Shown here piece after piece: positions 1-13,374 of a DNA stretch of 64,000 nt. The DNA lies in assembly GCA_951406725.2 (NCBI GenBank), contig OX597830.1:2480001-2544000 (forward strand). Reading direction: 5' to 3'. The notes beneath the pieces were generated by a model. The model ran no database searches and was not told the origin of the DNA. It saw nothing but the letters and a program-made list of their open reading frames with translations. Each line of letters opens with the position of its first letter. The first letter of the stretch is position 1. The DNA is from Octopus vulgaris. Its lineage: Eukaryota. The position numbers and the translations under genes are program-made.

Positions 1-849
1 ATCATATGTCTGTTGAATGAGAACTAAGCCAAGACTAAACAGCTATAGTAACTGGTCAATAACAGGAATTGTCCCTTTGACCAGTTGCCTGTGAGATTTC
101 AATGAAATCATCAGTAACAGCAGTGATGACAATAACAACAACAGCAACAATAACAAATGAGATGATGAGAGAGACTCTTCTACATTAACACTTGTAGTAA
201 TGATAAAATTATTCAGAATCACCATTCACACAAAAATCAATAGATAAGTTAGTGTTAACCTAATAAACAGTAGAATATGAGGAAACTAGTGATGGTCTGT
301 GTTGGCAATTAGCGAGGACAACAAGTTCGTTAAGAAGAATAAATTATTTTACCAAAAGAAAGAGGTGGTGACTTGTGTCGACTTATTTAATGTATGGGTT
401 ATTGAAAAGTTAAGTTGAGATAAGGATGTGGTGAAGATAGTTTGTATTAGTCAAATAAGTGTATAAGCTTTGATATTTCTTACTAAAGCAATGAGCAGAG
501 TGAAAAAGTTATGCATTGCTAATGAGGACAGAATCAGACTGGAAATTGTTTGAAGTTGCTTCCCATAATTGCCAGAAAATTAAAAATAATCTAAGTGATT
601 AATGAATATTTTGCTCAAGGGTGATCTATTGAAGGTTGTGCATAAAATATATTCAATTAATTGAAATTCACCATTTAGTAGAAGAAAGAAAACAAACACT
701 TACTGGTGATTATTTGCAAATTTCAAAGAAAAGGTGAAATTATTGCTAGGATTAATTTCTGAAAGTTAATTAATATGGTTAGGTGAAGGAAAGTCTATTG
801 TTTCTTCCTCATTTGTAGTTAGAATTTTAATGTTCTGTACATTCTATAA

Positions 850-1167
850 ACTGGCACTCAGTCAGTTACGATGGTGAGGGCTCCAGATGATCCGATCAAT
901 GGAAATTAATGTGCAATTGGCTGAGCACTCCATAGACACGCGTCCCCTTAATGTAGTTGTTAGGGAGATTTAGCACAACACAGAATGGGAAAAGTCTGGC
1001 CTTTTAAATTAAAGGGACAACTCATTTTTTGCCAGTTGAGCTGGCTGGAGCAATGCAAAATAAAGGGTCTTGCTCAAGAACACAATGTGCTATGTGCTAC
1101 CAGGAATTGAACCCACGACCTTACAATCATGAGCCAAAACTCCAACCCATTAAGCCACTTGCCTTCA
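850..1167 (-). mobile_element. tRNA-derived SINE, family B
   Basis: Reverse strand starts with a tRNA-like head (A box TGGCTTAATGG, B box GGTTCAATTCC) followed by the body shared with copies at 13375, 20845, 23230 and 32640. Confidence 0.8.
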
Positions 1168-1181
1168 CTACACATTAAATA

Positions 1182-2446
1182 TCAGGCTGAGTAAAAAGTA
1201 AGCTATGTTTTGAAACATGAAATTCATTACAATATATTTTAACAATGTGGAAATTTTATTCATCAAAGTATGAACAAATCAACACATTTTTGGCAACAAG
1301 TTACAAGTTTGTTTCTTCCAGTAACATAAAAATCTGGAGTTCCTGAGCTGATGAACTCTTTGAACATACTTCCAGCATCGGTTTGATTTTTGAACCCCTT
1401 CTCTCGCAGGAAACAATCAAGGTGCTTGGAAAAGCAGTAGTCGGTAGGAGAAGGGTCTGGAGAATAAGCTGGGTGGGGAAGAACTTCATAGACAAGTTTC
1501 CTCAACTTCTGGAGCGTCATTTGTGAAATGTGTGGTCGAGTATTGTCATGAAGAATGATTGGCCCTATTCTGTTGACCAGTCTGGGACGGAGGAGTAGCA
1601 GTTTTTCCTTCATTTCAGCAATTTCATGGCAATATGTTTCTGCAGTAATGGTTTTTCTGGGTTTTAGGAAGTTATAGTAGATGAGTCCAGCAGTACACCA
1701 ACAAACAGTCACCAAAACCTTCTTTTTGAAGAGCTTGATTTAGGGAAGGTTTTTGGTGCTTCATTTTAGTCCAATCCCAGTGATGAACGTTTTATATTAT
1801 TATATAGAATCCACTTTCCATCGTAAGTTACAAAACAGCCAAGAAATGGATTGGTCTGGTTATGGAGAAGAAGTGATGAGCAAATTTCATATCTACGCAT
1901 TTTCTGATTTTCATTCAAATTGTGTGGTAGCCATCTGTGAAGCTTTTTTCATTTTCCAATCGCAAGTAAATGGTTGCAGGCAGTCTTCTGGCTAATTTTT
2001 CACCAGCTCTCAAGTGGTTTCACATGGATTTTTCTCAATGATTTTCTTTAATTGATCATCATCGATGACAGATGGGCATACTCACGATCTTCAAGGTTCA
2101 GATCTCCACTGCAAAATCGTTTAAGCCATTTTCGAGCTGACCAATCACTGGTCATTTCCTCACCAGATGTCTCATTGATATCGCAAGCAGTTTCTGCTAA
2201 TTTGCATCCTTTTTTGAAGTTGAATAGCAAAATTGCTCGAATATTGCGCTCTGGCAGTCCCATTTCAGATGATTGTAACAACAGTGAAAAAAATATCAAT
2301 GTTAATTTACTGATGCATTTGAGCAAGTCTACGTCTGTATTATCAAACAATTGCAAAAAGATGTTTTAAAACATTTAAAACCCTGGAAAAATTCTGTTAC
2401 AAATTCTTCATGGTTCAAGACATTGCTTACTTTTTACTCAACCGGA
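1182..2446 (-). mobile_element. Mariner (DD34D) DNA transposon, full length, degenerate
   Basis: About 40-bp imperfect TIRs (tcaggctgagtaaaaagtaagc... / ...gcttactttttactcaaccgga) with TA on both sides; length about 1.27 kb. Confidence 0.92.
1263..2265 (-). pseudogene. Mariner transposase pseudogene (frameshifts and stops)
   Basis: N-terminal HTH (IRAILLFNFKKG...WLKRFCSGDLNLEDR) in ORF 2048-2356; catalytic region ILHDNTRPH and HPAYSPDPSPTDY (YSPDLAPSD motif) in ORF 1263-1715. Confidence 0.9.
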
Positions 2447-3209
2447 TATATTAACTCTAACTTTCGTAAGATAACAGGGTAATGCCATTTATAGGATAGG
2501 TAGGGAGGAAGATGAGAAGAAATAAATTAAAATATAAGAGAATAAGATACAATAAAGAGGGGAAGTGATAGAAAAGGAAGTAAAACCATGTAAAAAACCA
2601 AAAGATTGCTGAGTAGAAGGAGGCTTTTTCTGTAAAAGGGGAATCTCTAAATTTTGCTATTAAAGAACATAGATACAAAAGCTTTAAAGGCTTGTGGATG
2701 TAAATGTTTTAAAAGTTCCTACTTTTATTCCACCTTTCTGTTCATTATTTACTAAAGTAAAATTATTCCAACACCTTCTAGTTATCTAAGTTTTAGTTTG
2801 TCATGTCTTTATATAGAATGTAAATAGCAAAATAAGTTCATATAAGCTAGACCTGAAAATTGGCAATATAATTGTTTTAATATGGTATTGTATTTAGAGA
2901 CATTCTATTTCAGCAATATCGAGGAATATGTTGTCATGAAACGTGCGTAGTCTATATAATGTAAAGTATATGATTTAGAATAAGAATTGAAGGTATAATT
3001 TTGATACTTTTAATATTTAGTCCTATATGTACCTATTGTGGATAATGTCATTCAATGATGATTGAGTTGCTTGAGGGTGATTCTGTCTCTTAAACCTGTC
3101 TATTCATATGTATATATAATACAGTGAGTAATTCATTTTAGTACCACTAAATTGAACTACTGTCACCTGTGGACTCAGAAATAAGTTCCCTAATATTAAT
3201 ATATATGTA

Positions 3210-3254
<45 letters not shown>

Positions 3255-3260
<6 letters not shown>

Positions 3261-3623
3261 GTAAAAAGTGAAAAAACTAGAGAAGGCTTCTTTTAAAAGG
3301 TTAAAAAATATATATTTGAGTCAATATGTCTGAAGAATGTTATAAATTTTTTTCATACAATGACATAGTTTTTGAAGAAATAACTGGTTTCGCGTTCAGC
3401 TTTTCAAATTTCTTACATCGTTATGTTTACATTGAGAAGAGTTCCAGATAAGGGGAGGTAATAAGTGATTTCTTCTGTAAGGGAGATAATCGCTTAAAAT
3501 TTCTTGCATATTGACTCAAATATATATTTTTTAACCTTTTAAAACAAGCCTTCTGTAATTTTTTCACTTTTTACTATTTTCTATATATTCAACCACGTGC
3601 ATTCACACACCAACATTCTCACC
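3255..3623. mobile_element. Non-coding PLE-like fold-back element between (TA)n tracts
   Basis: About 74-bp inverted arms 3255-3328 / 3507-3580 with an internal hammerhead fold; right terminus (tatatattcaaccacgtg...ttctcacc) resembles the PLE 3' end at 20645-20676. Confidence 0.7.
3375..3414 (-). ncRNA. Minimal type I hammerhead ribozyme fold (U3/A8 variant)
   Basis: AAGAAAU-UUGAAAA-GC(UGAAC)GC-GAAA-CCAG-UU/AUUUCUU; perfect 7-bp helix I. Confidence 0.7.
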
Positions 3624-3626
3624 TAT

Positions 3627-3659
<33 letters not shown>

Positions 3660-3870
3660 AATGTGACTGCGTGTGTACTGTTGGCGATTTTTTTCCTCTG
3701 TCTTCCCGTCTCTGGATCTTTCCTTCTCCTATGTTTCCGACAATGAGCTCCGCTCGAAACGTTAAATCCTCCTTCTTCCCTTCCTTCCTGAGCGTCCAAT
3801 AATACTATATTTGTCCCACGTCCTCGCATTGATGTGTTTTCTCTTTGTGTTTTCATGTTTGGATTAACTT
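3660..3870 (+). mobile_element. PLE-type terminal-repeat fragment with degenerate hammerhead (3734-3766)
   Basis: Flanked by (TA)n; contains GAGC-UCC-GCUC-GAAACGUU-AAA with a decayed 5' core; a homologous reverse copy lies at 63024-63157. Confidence 0.6.
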
Positions 3871-3928
3871 TATATATACATATATAGATACCTATACATA
3901 TATAGATTCATATACATACATATATATA

Positions 3929-3977
<49 letters not shown>

Positions 3978-4125
3978 GGTGAATGAATTATCCTAGTATT
4001 GATAATTCGGTTAACCGATACCTGGGTAGCAAATTCACGTCAGAAAACACGGTTGAAGCTACATGCCATATATATATAAATATAGCTAGCTAGATAGATA
4101 GATATACATATATATACATATATAG

Positions 4126-4160
<35 letters not shown>

Positions 4161-4166
4161 GATAGT

Positions 4167-4228
<62 letters not shown>

Positions 4229-4245
4229 CATGCATATATATATGT

Positions 4246-4607
<362 letters not shown>

Positions 4608-5081
4608 CATATATGTATGTATGTATGCATGTGTGTAGGTTTCAAAGAAACTTATGCATGGGAGTATGGAAAGTATATTTTTATTGTAAATCAATGTGGC
4701 TATCTCCATAGATAGACTGAATACGGGAAATGTAAGTCGTTCAGTTTTAATCCTATAAATAAGTTTGATGATGCAGATAAATATAGCAACATCAACATCA
4801 ACATCAACAACAACAACAACAACAACAACAACAGCAACAACAACAAATGATTCGGTGAAGCCATTTGCAAGTCATTCACCACAATTAAACTAATTTTTTG
4901 GAAAACAGAAAAATGTCTTCAAACTCCTGCGAAACTGTAGAATTGCTTTCGGTTTGGGCAGAAAGCCAGGAATATCCTGCAGAGGAGTTTGGTTGATTGT
5001 ATCGACCCCAGGATGAGTGGGATCACTTTTTAGAATCCTGAAGCGATAAATGGCAAAGTTCTCTAAATTCATAGAACAAAA

Positions 5082-5292
5082 GAGGTTGGTGGTGGTGGTG
5101 GTAGTGGTGGTGGTCGGTGGTGGTGGTGGGTGGTGGTGGTGGTGGCGGTGGTTGGCTGGTTGGTTGGTTGGTTGTTTGGTTGGTGGTGATGATGGTGATG
5201 GTTAGTGTTAGTGGTGGAGATGGTTGGTGGATGGTGGTGGTGGATGGTGTTAGTGGTGGTGGTGGCTGTTGTTGTTGTTGCTGTGGTGGTTG
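5082..5292. repeat. Compound (GGT)n/(GGTT)n microsatellite
   Basis: Direct reading of the sequence. Confidence 0.9.
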
Positions 5293-5440
5293 CTGAAGAA
5301 TCATAAAGCATTTTTTCTCTTTTCTTTAATGATTAGTTTGTCTAAACAAGAGGTTAATGCCTGCCTGTCATTTCAGATGTGTCCCAGAATGGGGACAATT
5401 TCCAAGTGTGTGTGTGTGTGTGTGTGTATTTATATATATA

Positions 5441-5848
5441 TTCTTTCATTCTTTTACCTGTTTCACTCATTTGAGTGTGGCCATGCTGTAGCATCACCTT
5501 AAAGGGTTTTAGTCAAACAAATCGACTCCAGGACCTATTCTTTGTAAGCCTTGTACTTTTTTTATTGGTCACTTTGGGTGAACTGCCAAGTTACAGGGAC
5601 ATAAACACACCAGCATCAGTAGTCAAATGATGGTGGGGGGAACAAACAAAGACACACACACATAAATACATACACACACACACATATGATGGGCTTTCAG
5701 TTTCCATCAACCAAATCCATTCACAAGGCTTTGGTCAGCCCAAGACTATAGTAGAAGACACTTGGCCAAGGTGCCCCGCAGTGGGACTGAAGCCAAAGCC
5801 ATATGGTTGGGAAGCAAGCTTCTTACCACACAGCTACACATGTGCCTA
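5441..5848 (-). mobile_element. tRNA-derived SINE, family A (internal CA tract)
   Basis: Shared blocks gtagaagacacttgcccaaggtgcc...gtgggactgaa and ttattctttgtaagcc...aagttacaggg; many copies in the window. Confidence 0.85.
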
Positions 5849-5867
5849 TATATGTGTATATATAGAT

Positions 5868-6191
5868 GTAGCTTAGTTTTTCCTTGGGGCTGGCCGGATC
5901 GGAGCGATCTCAAGATTAATCAGCCGAAATTGTGAGGATGATCCGGTTCTTGACTGAAGATTGAAGGCTTCGAATGTCCTGTCCGTGTTTTTTGTATTGT
6001 CTTCTAAATGTTTTGCATTCTTGTCCCAGTTTGTGTTTTTTACATATACGTATAGCGGCACCCGTACCCTTTTTGGTCTTGTATGTAAGTACATATTTCT
6101 TTAAATTTGGTACGACTCTATAACACTGTCTCTCTCTCCCCTCTCTCCTACATTTCTCTGCCTTTTACACTTTGCACTCCACTTTGATCTG

Positions 6192-6249
<58 letters not shown>

Positions 6250-6939
6250 TCCTCCTTTTCTCTTTTCTTGCCTCTGATTCTTTGGTCTCCTCTTCCCCCA
6301 CTCTCTCACATTTCTCTGTCTTTCTCACTTTGCACCTCACTGATTCTGTCGCCAAGCTAATCCTTGGCACGCTCTCTTTCTTCTCCTCTCTTTAATTCCT
6401 TCTTTCTCTCTCTTCTCCCCCCTTTGGTGCCTTTGCCCCTCTTTTTCTCTCTCTCTTTGATTCCTTTGCCCCCTTTTTTTTCTCTCTCTTCTCCTCTCAC
6501 GTGACCGCTGGTCAACCAGCTTTTCGGCTTCTGACCACCGCCATGAAGACATCTTTGTCTTCGTCTGCCAAAAAAGGCATTTTTTTCCAAATATGCCAGT
6601 TAAGCTAAGTTGTACTGTCTATAGTCGTAAGACAACCGCTGTTTTTGTCCTGTTATTACTATTATTGTTTTTTGTATTTATATTCATGTGGCATCGTCCG
6701 TTTTTCTGTCCCTGTTTCGTATACATTCGATCCTTTTTCTAAGAAATTTAATGCTCGTAGCTTAGTTTTTCCTTGGGGCTGGCCGGATCGGAGTGATCTC
6801 AAGATTAATCAGCCAAAATTGTGAGGATGATCCGGTTCTTGACTGAAGATTGAAGGCTTCGAATGTCCCGTCCGTGTTTTTTGTATCGTCTTCTAAATGT
6901 TTTGCGTTCTTGTCCCAGTTTGTGTTTTTTTACATATAC
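5868..6939 (+). mobile_element. Non-coding element with ~182-bp direct terminal repeats (retrozyme/PLE pLTR-like)
   Basis: 5868-6049 and 6757-6939 are nearly identical; the interior is CT-rich with no credible ORF; TA-rich flanks. Confidence 0.7.
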
Positions 6940-7224
6940 ATATGTATATATATATCATCATCATCATCATCATCTTTACTTCTATGCAGATTTTCTTCCT
7001 TGCTTTCGCTGGGTTGTACAAATGCTGCCCATTTGTTACTATCATCGTTGCCCACTAGACCTGATTGCTCACATCCTCAATTTCTCTCTCAGCTCATCTG
7101 CACACACCAACAACATTACAGCACATCAAGAAGGTCAGACTTGTTTCATTTCTTTCCAACTTCTGCATCTCTTCTGCATTTGCTGCTCACATTTCATTAA
7201 TATTAAGCTTCTTCATATCCTGTT

Positions 7225-7612
7225 TTTTCTTTTATTTGTTTCAGTCATTTGGCTGTAGCCATGCTGGAGCACCCCCTTTAGTCAAACAGATTGACCCCAG
7301 AACTTATTCTGTGTAAGTCTTGTACTTATTCTATTGCTCTCTTCTGCCAAACTGTTAAGTTACAGGGATGCAAACACACCAGCATCGGCTATCAAGTGAT
7401 GGTAAGGTGACAGACACACAAGCATATACACACACCTATATATATATATATATACACACATGGGCTTCTTTCAGTTTCCGTCTACCAAATCCACTCAAGG
7501 CTTTGGTCAGCATGAGGCTATAGTAGAAGATACTTACCCAAGGTGCCATGCAGTGGGACTGAACCCAGAACCATGTAGTTGGTAAGCAAGCAACTTACCA
7601 CACAGCCACTCA
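7225..7612 (-). mobile_element. SINE family A
   Basis: Same blocks as 5441-5848. Confidence 0.85.
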
Positions 7613-7619
7613 TATAATC

Positions 7620-8105
7620 AGATTACAATCCACCCTTCATCTCCTTGTCACCAGCAGAAGCATTAACTCGCTGAACTTCTTAATACCCGTTCTGAACCTG
7701 TCAACTATGTTTCCTATTAACACTCATCCATTGCCAATTAGAACCAGATTACAGAAGCTAGCAACTATTTCTGTTTAGCTTCCAGAGTATTGCAAGCAAT
7801 TTATTTTACTCATGCACTGACTGCTAACTGCTATTTCTTTCCATCTAGCGCAGGCAACATCTTTATTCCCTATCAGCCTACTTTCAATTTCACTCTGCCT
7901 CTTGTGTAGCCAAAGACCACATTTATTATACTTGCCAACTCCATTTCTGCACACTGAACACAGTCCTTTCCCCGATGCTGTCAAAGTTCTATCTTCTTTC
8001 TTTCTCAAAATTTAGTTCTTGCTAAATTTACTCTGAGAAATCTCCATTTTAAGTTTTGCTTCCTCATCCCAAACCTTTTCTCTAAATCCTTCTCAGTATC
8101 TCCTA
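7620..8105 (-). pseudogene. Degenerate RTE LINE RT fragment
   Basis: CSVCRNGVG...CGLWLHKR zinc-finger remnant matching the 46169-46390 region. Confidence 0.65.
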
Positions 8106-8119
8106 GTTTTAGTTCATCT

Positions 8120-8560
8120 GTCATTGTCAGTGATGACCAGGGACATCAGATGGGAGCAGAAGACAGGGAATGGTTTGCCCAGCTGTAGCCAATCAGTCCA
8201 GTACTTGCTCAGAAGGCTCTGCCACAGGTCAGGCTCTGGCAGTGTGTTGGGCCCGAGGGTCAGGAGTTGTCTCTGGACATGCTTAGTTCACATCTCCTTT
8301 GTGGTCTCTGCAATATTGTTCCATTTGCAGGAGGCGGTGGCACCACTGTTGGTGCATCTTTGCCAGGTAGAGAGGTCTTGTGCTTGCCTTTCCCAGTTGT
8401 CAAGGTTGATCTCAAAGCTCTTCAGTGAGGTTTGGAGTGTGGTTCCTGAAGCATTTTCCCTATTCACTTTGCGTGTGCTTGCCTTCTGCCACTTCACTGT
8501 AAAACAGTCTCCCTGGAGGAGAGAGACATACTGAGGCATACAGCAGTTGCCCAGCTCACC
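8120..8560 (-). pseudogene. RTE (BovB-like) LINE 3' fragment
   Basis: SLKSFEINLDNWERQAQDLSTW followed by a CGRAF..GL..S C2H2-like tail, typical of RTE C-termini. Confidence 0.65.
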
Positions 8561-9749
8561 TCTTTTAAACTCATCTCTTACAACCTAAAAAAGTATAATT
8601 AATTGGAAAGCCTTAGTAGATGCCTATTTGCACCATAAATTCCTCATTGAACTCATGGCCAGCATTCTGTACACGGATTGCACCACTCTTACCAAATGTA
8701 CAGCAACTACCAGCTTTCTCAGATACACACTTTGGCAACCTTAGAGTTGGCATCAGTATGTGTGTGTGTGTGTGTGTCTGCCTATGTATAAAAAGGTGTG
8801 TCAGCATTTCTGTTTGGAATAGTTTTGTTCTTTTGTTCTGTCCACCTCTCAGTCACTCTACCCTTGTCTCTTTACACACACACACACACCCCCACACACA
8901 CATGGACACACCTGTGTATAAATATCAATAAAAGGTGTGCATCTGTCTGTGTCTATATGTTTGTATGTGTGTGTATGTCTGTGTGTCTATGTTCTTGATT
9001 GCATGTTTATTTGTACATGATAATGATGTACCGTTTCCAATATGCTTCTTCTCATAGACAGTTAATACCCAAAATAATGCCAGTATAATGGTCAGTTGTG
9101 CTTGGAAGAAAAAGCAAAATTACTTTAGCTCAGAAAATACTGTTTGGATGTGTTAAAGAGAAATGGTTTCTAATTTGGTTTTTTTGATGTCTTGAGCAGA
9201 CACAAGGTTCCAAATCGCTTCAGGCAAATGAATTTTATATTTTGTGACCATTATTTCCTTGGCATCATTTCTTATCATTTTCATTCTCTGTTACAGGGTA
9301 ACAAATTTTAGAAGCAATTTCACAGAGAATATTAGAAGTAGCTTTATCCTGGAACTAATTGATGGAGAAGGGAGTGTTGAGACGACCGTGAAGGTTGGGG
9401 GTGGAGGCAATGTGTAGCTATAGCTTTGGTCCTTAAGAAATGAATGTTTGAAGTCTGTGCACCACATTCACAGTATTCTACGAATGATGGTGGATTTACG
9501 CCAGAGACATAAATATGTCATGTGGTTCCAACATGACTCTCAGAAACAAACAATAGAATTTTATTCAGAGATTTTAAAAATTCCTTTTCATGTTGTAATA
9601 TTCTAACAAAAGTTTTAAGAAATAAATTTAAAATAAACTTTCGAATGATTTAAAAAAATTTTATGATTAAAAAGTGATAATAGAGTTCGTAAAAAATGTT
9701 CGCTGACCCAATGTTAATAGAATCATGCTAGTAAAATGGCATGTGTAAG

Positions 9750-9950
9750 GTAGGGATCTGGCAGAGGCAGACAAAAGGCTTAGCGGTATTTTGTCTGTTT
9801 TTAGATGCTGAGCTCAAATTCCACTGAGGTCAACTTTGTTTTTTATCCTTTCAGGAACGATAACCTAAGTACCAGCAAAATACTAGGGTTGATGAAATTG
9901 ACCAGCCCCTCCCCACAAATTTCAGGCCATGTGTCTGTGGCAGAAAGAAT
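9750..9950 (+). mobile_element. SINE family C (Meta-domain-like)
   Basis: ctcaaattcc...caactttg...atcctttc...gataa...agtaccag block; related copies at 10270-10470, 12915-13140(-), 42420-42600 and 54985-55185(-). Confidence 0.65.
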
Positions 9951-10269
9951 GAAATGCCATGCATGTACAGTGACAGACATGACAGTGACAGAAAATAACA
10001 TGCATATATATAAATGTGTATGTGTGTGTGTGTGTGTGCTCTGTGTGTGTGTGTGTATGCTGTGTGTGTGTGTGTGTGTGCATGTGTGTGTAGTGCATGG
10101 TGCATGTATATGTATTTATTTATACATACATATGTGCATGTGTGTGTAGATGCACACACACACACTTATATACATACAGAAATGTGTATCACATAGATCA
10201 ATCTATAAATTTTAATCATTTACTAATATCATTAGATAAAACAGTAAGGTAACAACAAGCTTGCAGACT

Positions 10270-10470
10270 CGTTAGCATTCCAGACATTCCAGCATTCCAG
10301 ACTTGGTGACATTTCATGTCTTTACCTTCTGAGTCCAAATCCTGCCAAGATTGACTTTGCCTTCCATTCTTTCAGAGATGATAGAATACATACCAGTCGA
10401 ATACTGGGGTCAATGTAATCAACTGACCCATCCCCTGAAATTGCTGGTCTTGGGTCAAAATTTAAGCCAT
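10270..10470 (+). mobile_element. SINE family C (Meta-domain-like)
   Basis: gactttgccttccattctttc...accagtcgaatactggggtc block. Confidence 0.65.
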
Positions 10471-10894
10471 TATTAGATAAAACTGATTCCAAAGTGACCG
10501 GTGGTAACCTGCATTAGCAAGACTTTTATTATTTGGAGAAACAGAAACAGTTTAGAGAAATAGTTGTGGGTAATGGAATAGTATTCAATGATTCAGACAG
10601 AGTCTATCTTTATTTCAGACAGAGTCTGTGTTGGGGGGTAAAGTTAAAAGGAGAGAAAATGAAAGAAAGGCAACAGAGTTTTACATTCTCTATGTTTGAG
10701 AAACTGGCGGCAACTGATGAGAAATACAAGACAACATGGATTTTTGCATATGTAAACAATATCTTTATCTCTCTTCAATGTTTCATATATTAGCTAGATT
10801 AATACTAATCTAAATAAATAAGCCTCAACTCACCAATAACAGCTTGGATAATTACATGTGATGACAAAAAATGTGTTGGACCAAAATTATTATT

Positions 10895-11120
10895 TCTTTA
10901 CTCTTTTACGCTTTTACTCTTTTACTTGTTTCAGTCATTTGACTGTGGCTATGCTGGAGCACCGCTTTTAATCGAGCAGATCGACCCCAAAACTTATTCT
11001 TTGTAAGCCTAGTACTTATTCTATCAGTCTCTTCTGCCGAACCGCTAAGTTATGGGGATGTAAACACACCAGCATCCAGTGTCAGGTGATGTTGGGGGGG
11101 GGGGGACAAACAGACACACT
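10895..11120 (-). mobile_element. SINE family A, 3' half
   Basis: tttcagtcatttgactgtgg...aaccgctaagttatgggg block. Confidence 0.8.
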
Positions 11121-12335
11121 CAGATTACATTTAAAATTTAATGAAATAAACCACCTGAAGACGACTGGAGAATTCATTGACTGAAATACAAGGTATAAAC
11201 CCATAACAGGAAACCAAAGTTATTATTTTAATAATAATAATAATAATTCGTAAGAGAACCATAAATATTTCATTGCATTGTTGATTGATGTTTTAGTTGC
11301 TGAACCAGGAGGGAAGGGTTAGGGTCTAAGGACTGGTCAGCTTGACACTGGTCAGCTTGATGTTATTAATAATATTCTGTTTATGCTGTTGTAGGTCAAC
11401 ATTTACAGGAAAGACATTCTCTATCCAATTTTTGCCTTCCTTAGAAGAAGGATAGGATATAGTATATGGAGAAAAGGGTTGGATGTCTAATATTTGATGA
11501 GAAGGGGGAGAGATTAGGGCTCAAATGGTTTACATCTAGCCCCTCATACTGACTGGTTTCTATGGCTTGGATCACTTTTCAGTCGCTCCAATGTCTTTTG
11601 TTGAAATATCACTCTTACTACCACTTCACAGAATATTGTTAGAAAACAAACATTTGACTGGAAAAAACAAAATTAAATAAAATATAAATACTTTGTCCAC
11701 CAATTACAGCAAATATCAAAATTTCTCTAAGTCCACAAAATTTTATTAGCATGGAATAAAATAAAAAACGAAATTAGAAAAATATTCAATCAAAATACAA
11801 AAATCAACAAATTATTGCCTTTAGCATAAATTTTGATTTTTTTCTGAATCATTTAAAACATCCTGAAAATGAATATTTTCAAAAACTTTTTAAAAAATAC
11901 AAAAAAATTCAAGTGAATGAAAAATAAATTCATTTAAATTTTTCTTTTTTCTTTTTATTTCTCACAGCAATTAATTTTAGCTTAAATCATTACATTTAAT
12001 TACAAGTGGGATCTTGTAATTGGCTATCATTCGCTGTTTGTTGAACTTATTTTCATTATTTTCTCAAAAACCTCTTTTAAACCAAATATCATATTCCTTG
12101 AAACTACTTTTTAGGAATTGCTGTGGAGAAAACATTCTTTTCTAATAATTACAGAGGAGTCTTCAGATCTGAATTGTGGTTACTTTCTAAAGAAGGGAAA
12201 ATTTCATTAATTTCTTGACTCTTTTTAGCTCCAAGACCATTCAAGTCATACTCATGTAATATCTTCAAGGCATATCACTAACGGATAAAATTAAATCAAA
12301 TAATAATAATAATAATAATAATAATAATCATAATA

Positions 12336-12894
12336 AATGCCCTGGTGCAGTACCAAGCAGTGGCTCTCATGGCTTGCTATCTTAACTAATTGGAAGTGTT
12401 ATCATGTACATTGTTTTGTCTTGGTATAAAAGTCAGTCTACTGAAAATATTCTGCTCAATACCACAGATTTGCTTGTCAGTTGCTTGACTTTAACCAGTT
12501 GAACATGTCTCTTATTGGCTGACGATATGTGTGTCTCTGATTGTGAGTAGAAGTAGTGGGGGAACATCATGGCCATGTATTGATAGGAATTATTTGGGAT
12601 TTGGAGAATTTACCTCTGGAAACATGGTAGTTTCATTCAACATCCTTAAACAACCCTTATTCAGGGACCGTTTAAGCAGGATGGGGTACTCAACCTGAAG
12701 AAATTTCGAACTGGACCCCACCTGCAAGGTCATGTGCTGTTTGTCTTGATAGGAGATCACCATGCTGCACACACATGGCTGTGATGCATGTGCTTGGTGT
12801 ACCCATATCAGATGGGTAGTCATGATGGGTATACTGGGCTTCATATATTTGAACCCCAGTATCACTTGGATGGTATGCACTGCTCTCTCAGTCA
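12336..12894. mobile_element. ~560-bp non-coding interspersed element inside a (TAA)n tract
   Basis: Higher-GC complex segment with (TAA)n immediately on both sides; no credible ORF. Confidence 0.55.
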
Positions 12895-13374
12895 GTAATA
12901 ATAATAATAATAATAATAATAATTTTTTCTGAATTAGTTACAAGGCCAGTCAAGATTAGAGGTTAGCCAATACCACTGACCCCAGTTCCTCACTGGTAGT
13001 TAATTTTATCGACCCCCAACTGAATAAATGGCAATATTGACCTTGTAGTGATTTGAACACGGGATGTAAAGAGCCAGAAAACGAAATAGAAAAGACTTGA
13101 AGTAATTTTTTTCTGATGTTCTAACATTTCTGTCAGCAGGTACTTCATCAGTACTTAAATTTGAAGGCTTTATTAAATTAAGAATAAAATTATGAATATG
13201 AGAAGATCAAAATTGAAGTTACAACAACCAAAACCCTTCCATCTAACATTTACATGCCTAAGAATTGACCTGGTAAAAATAGCAGCCACATCTAAGGAGT
13301 GGGGGGAAAATCATCTCTAAAAGCAGAGAATGGTCCTGGATGGAATGTTTCTCATCATATACTCATGTACCTAT

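Noticed and set aside
160-830. Possible decayed PLE reverse transcriptase on the minus strand (SPLSKIFINHL-like)
   Set aside because: Too degenerate to support by eye.
5881-5947. HDV-like ribozyme assignment for the pseudoknot
   Set aside because: Strand order fits, but the L3 and J4/2 catalytic consensus are absent; kept as an unclassified motif.
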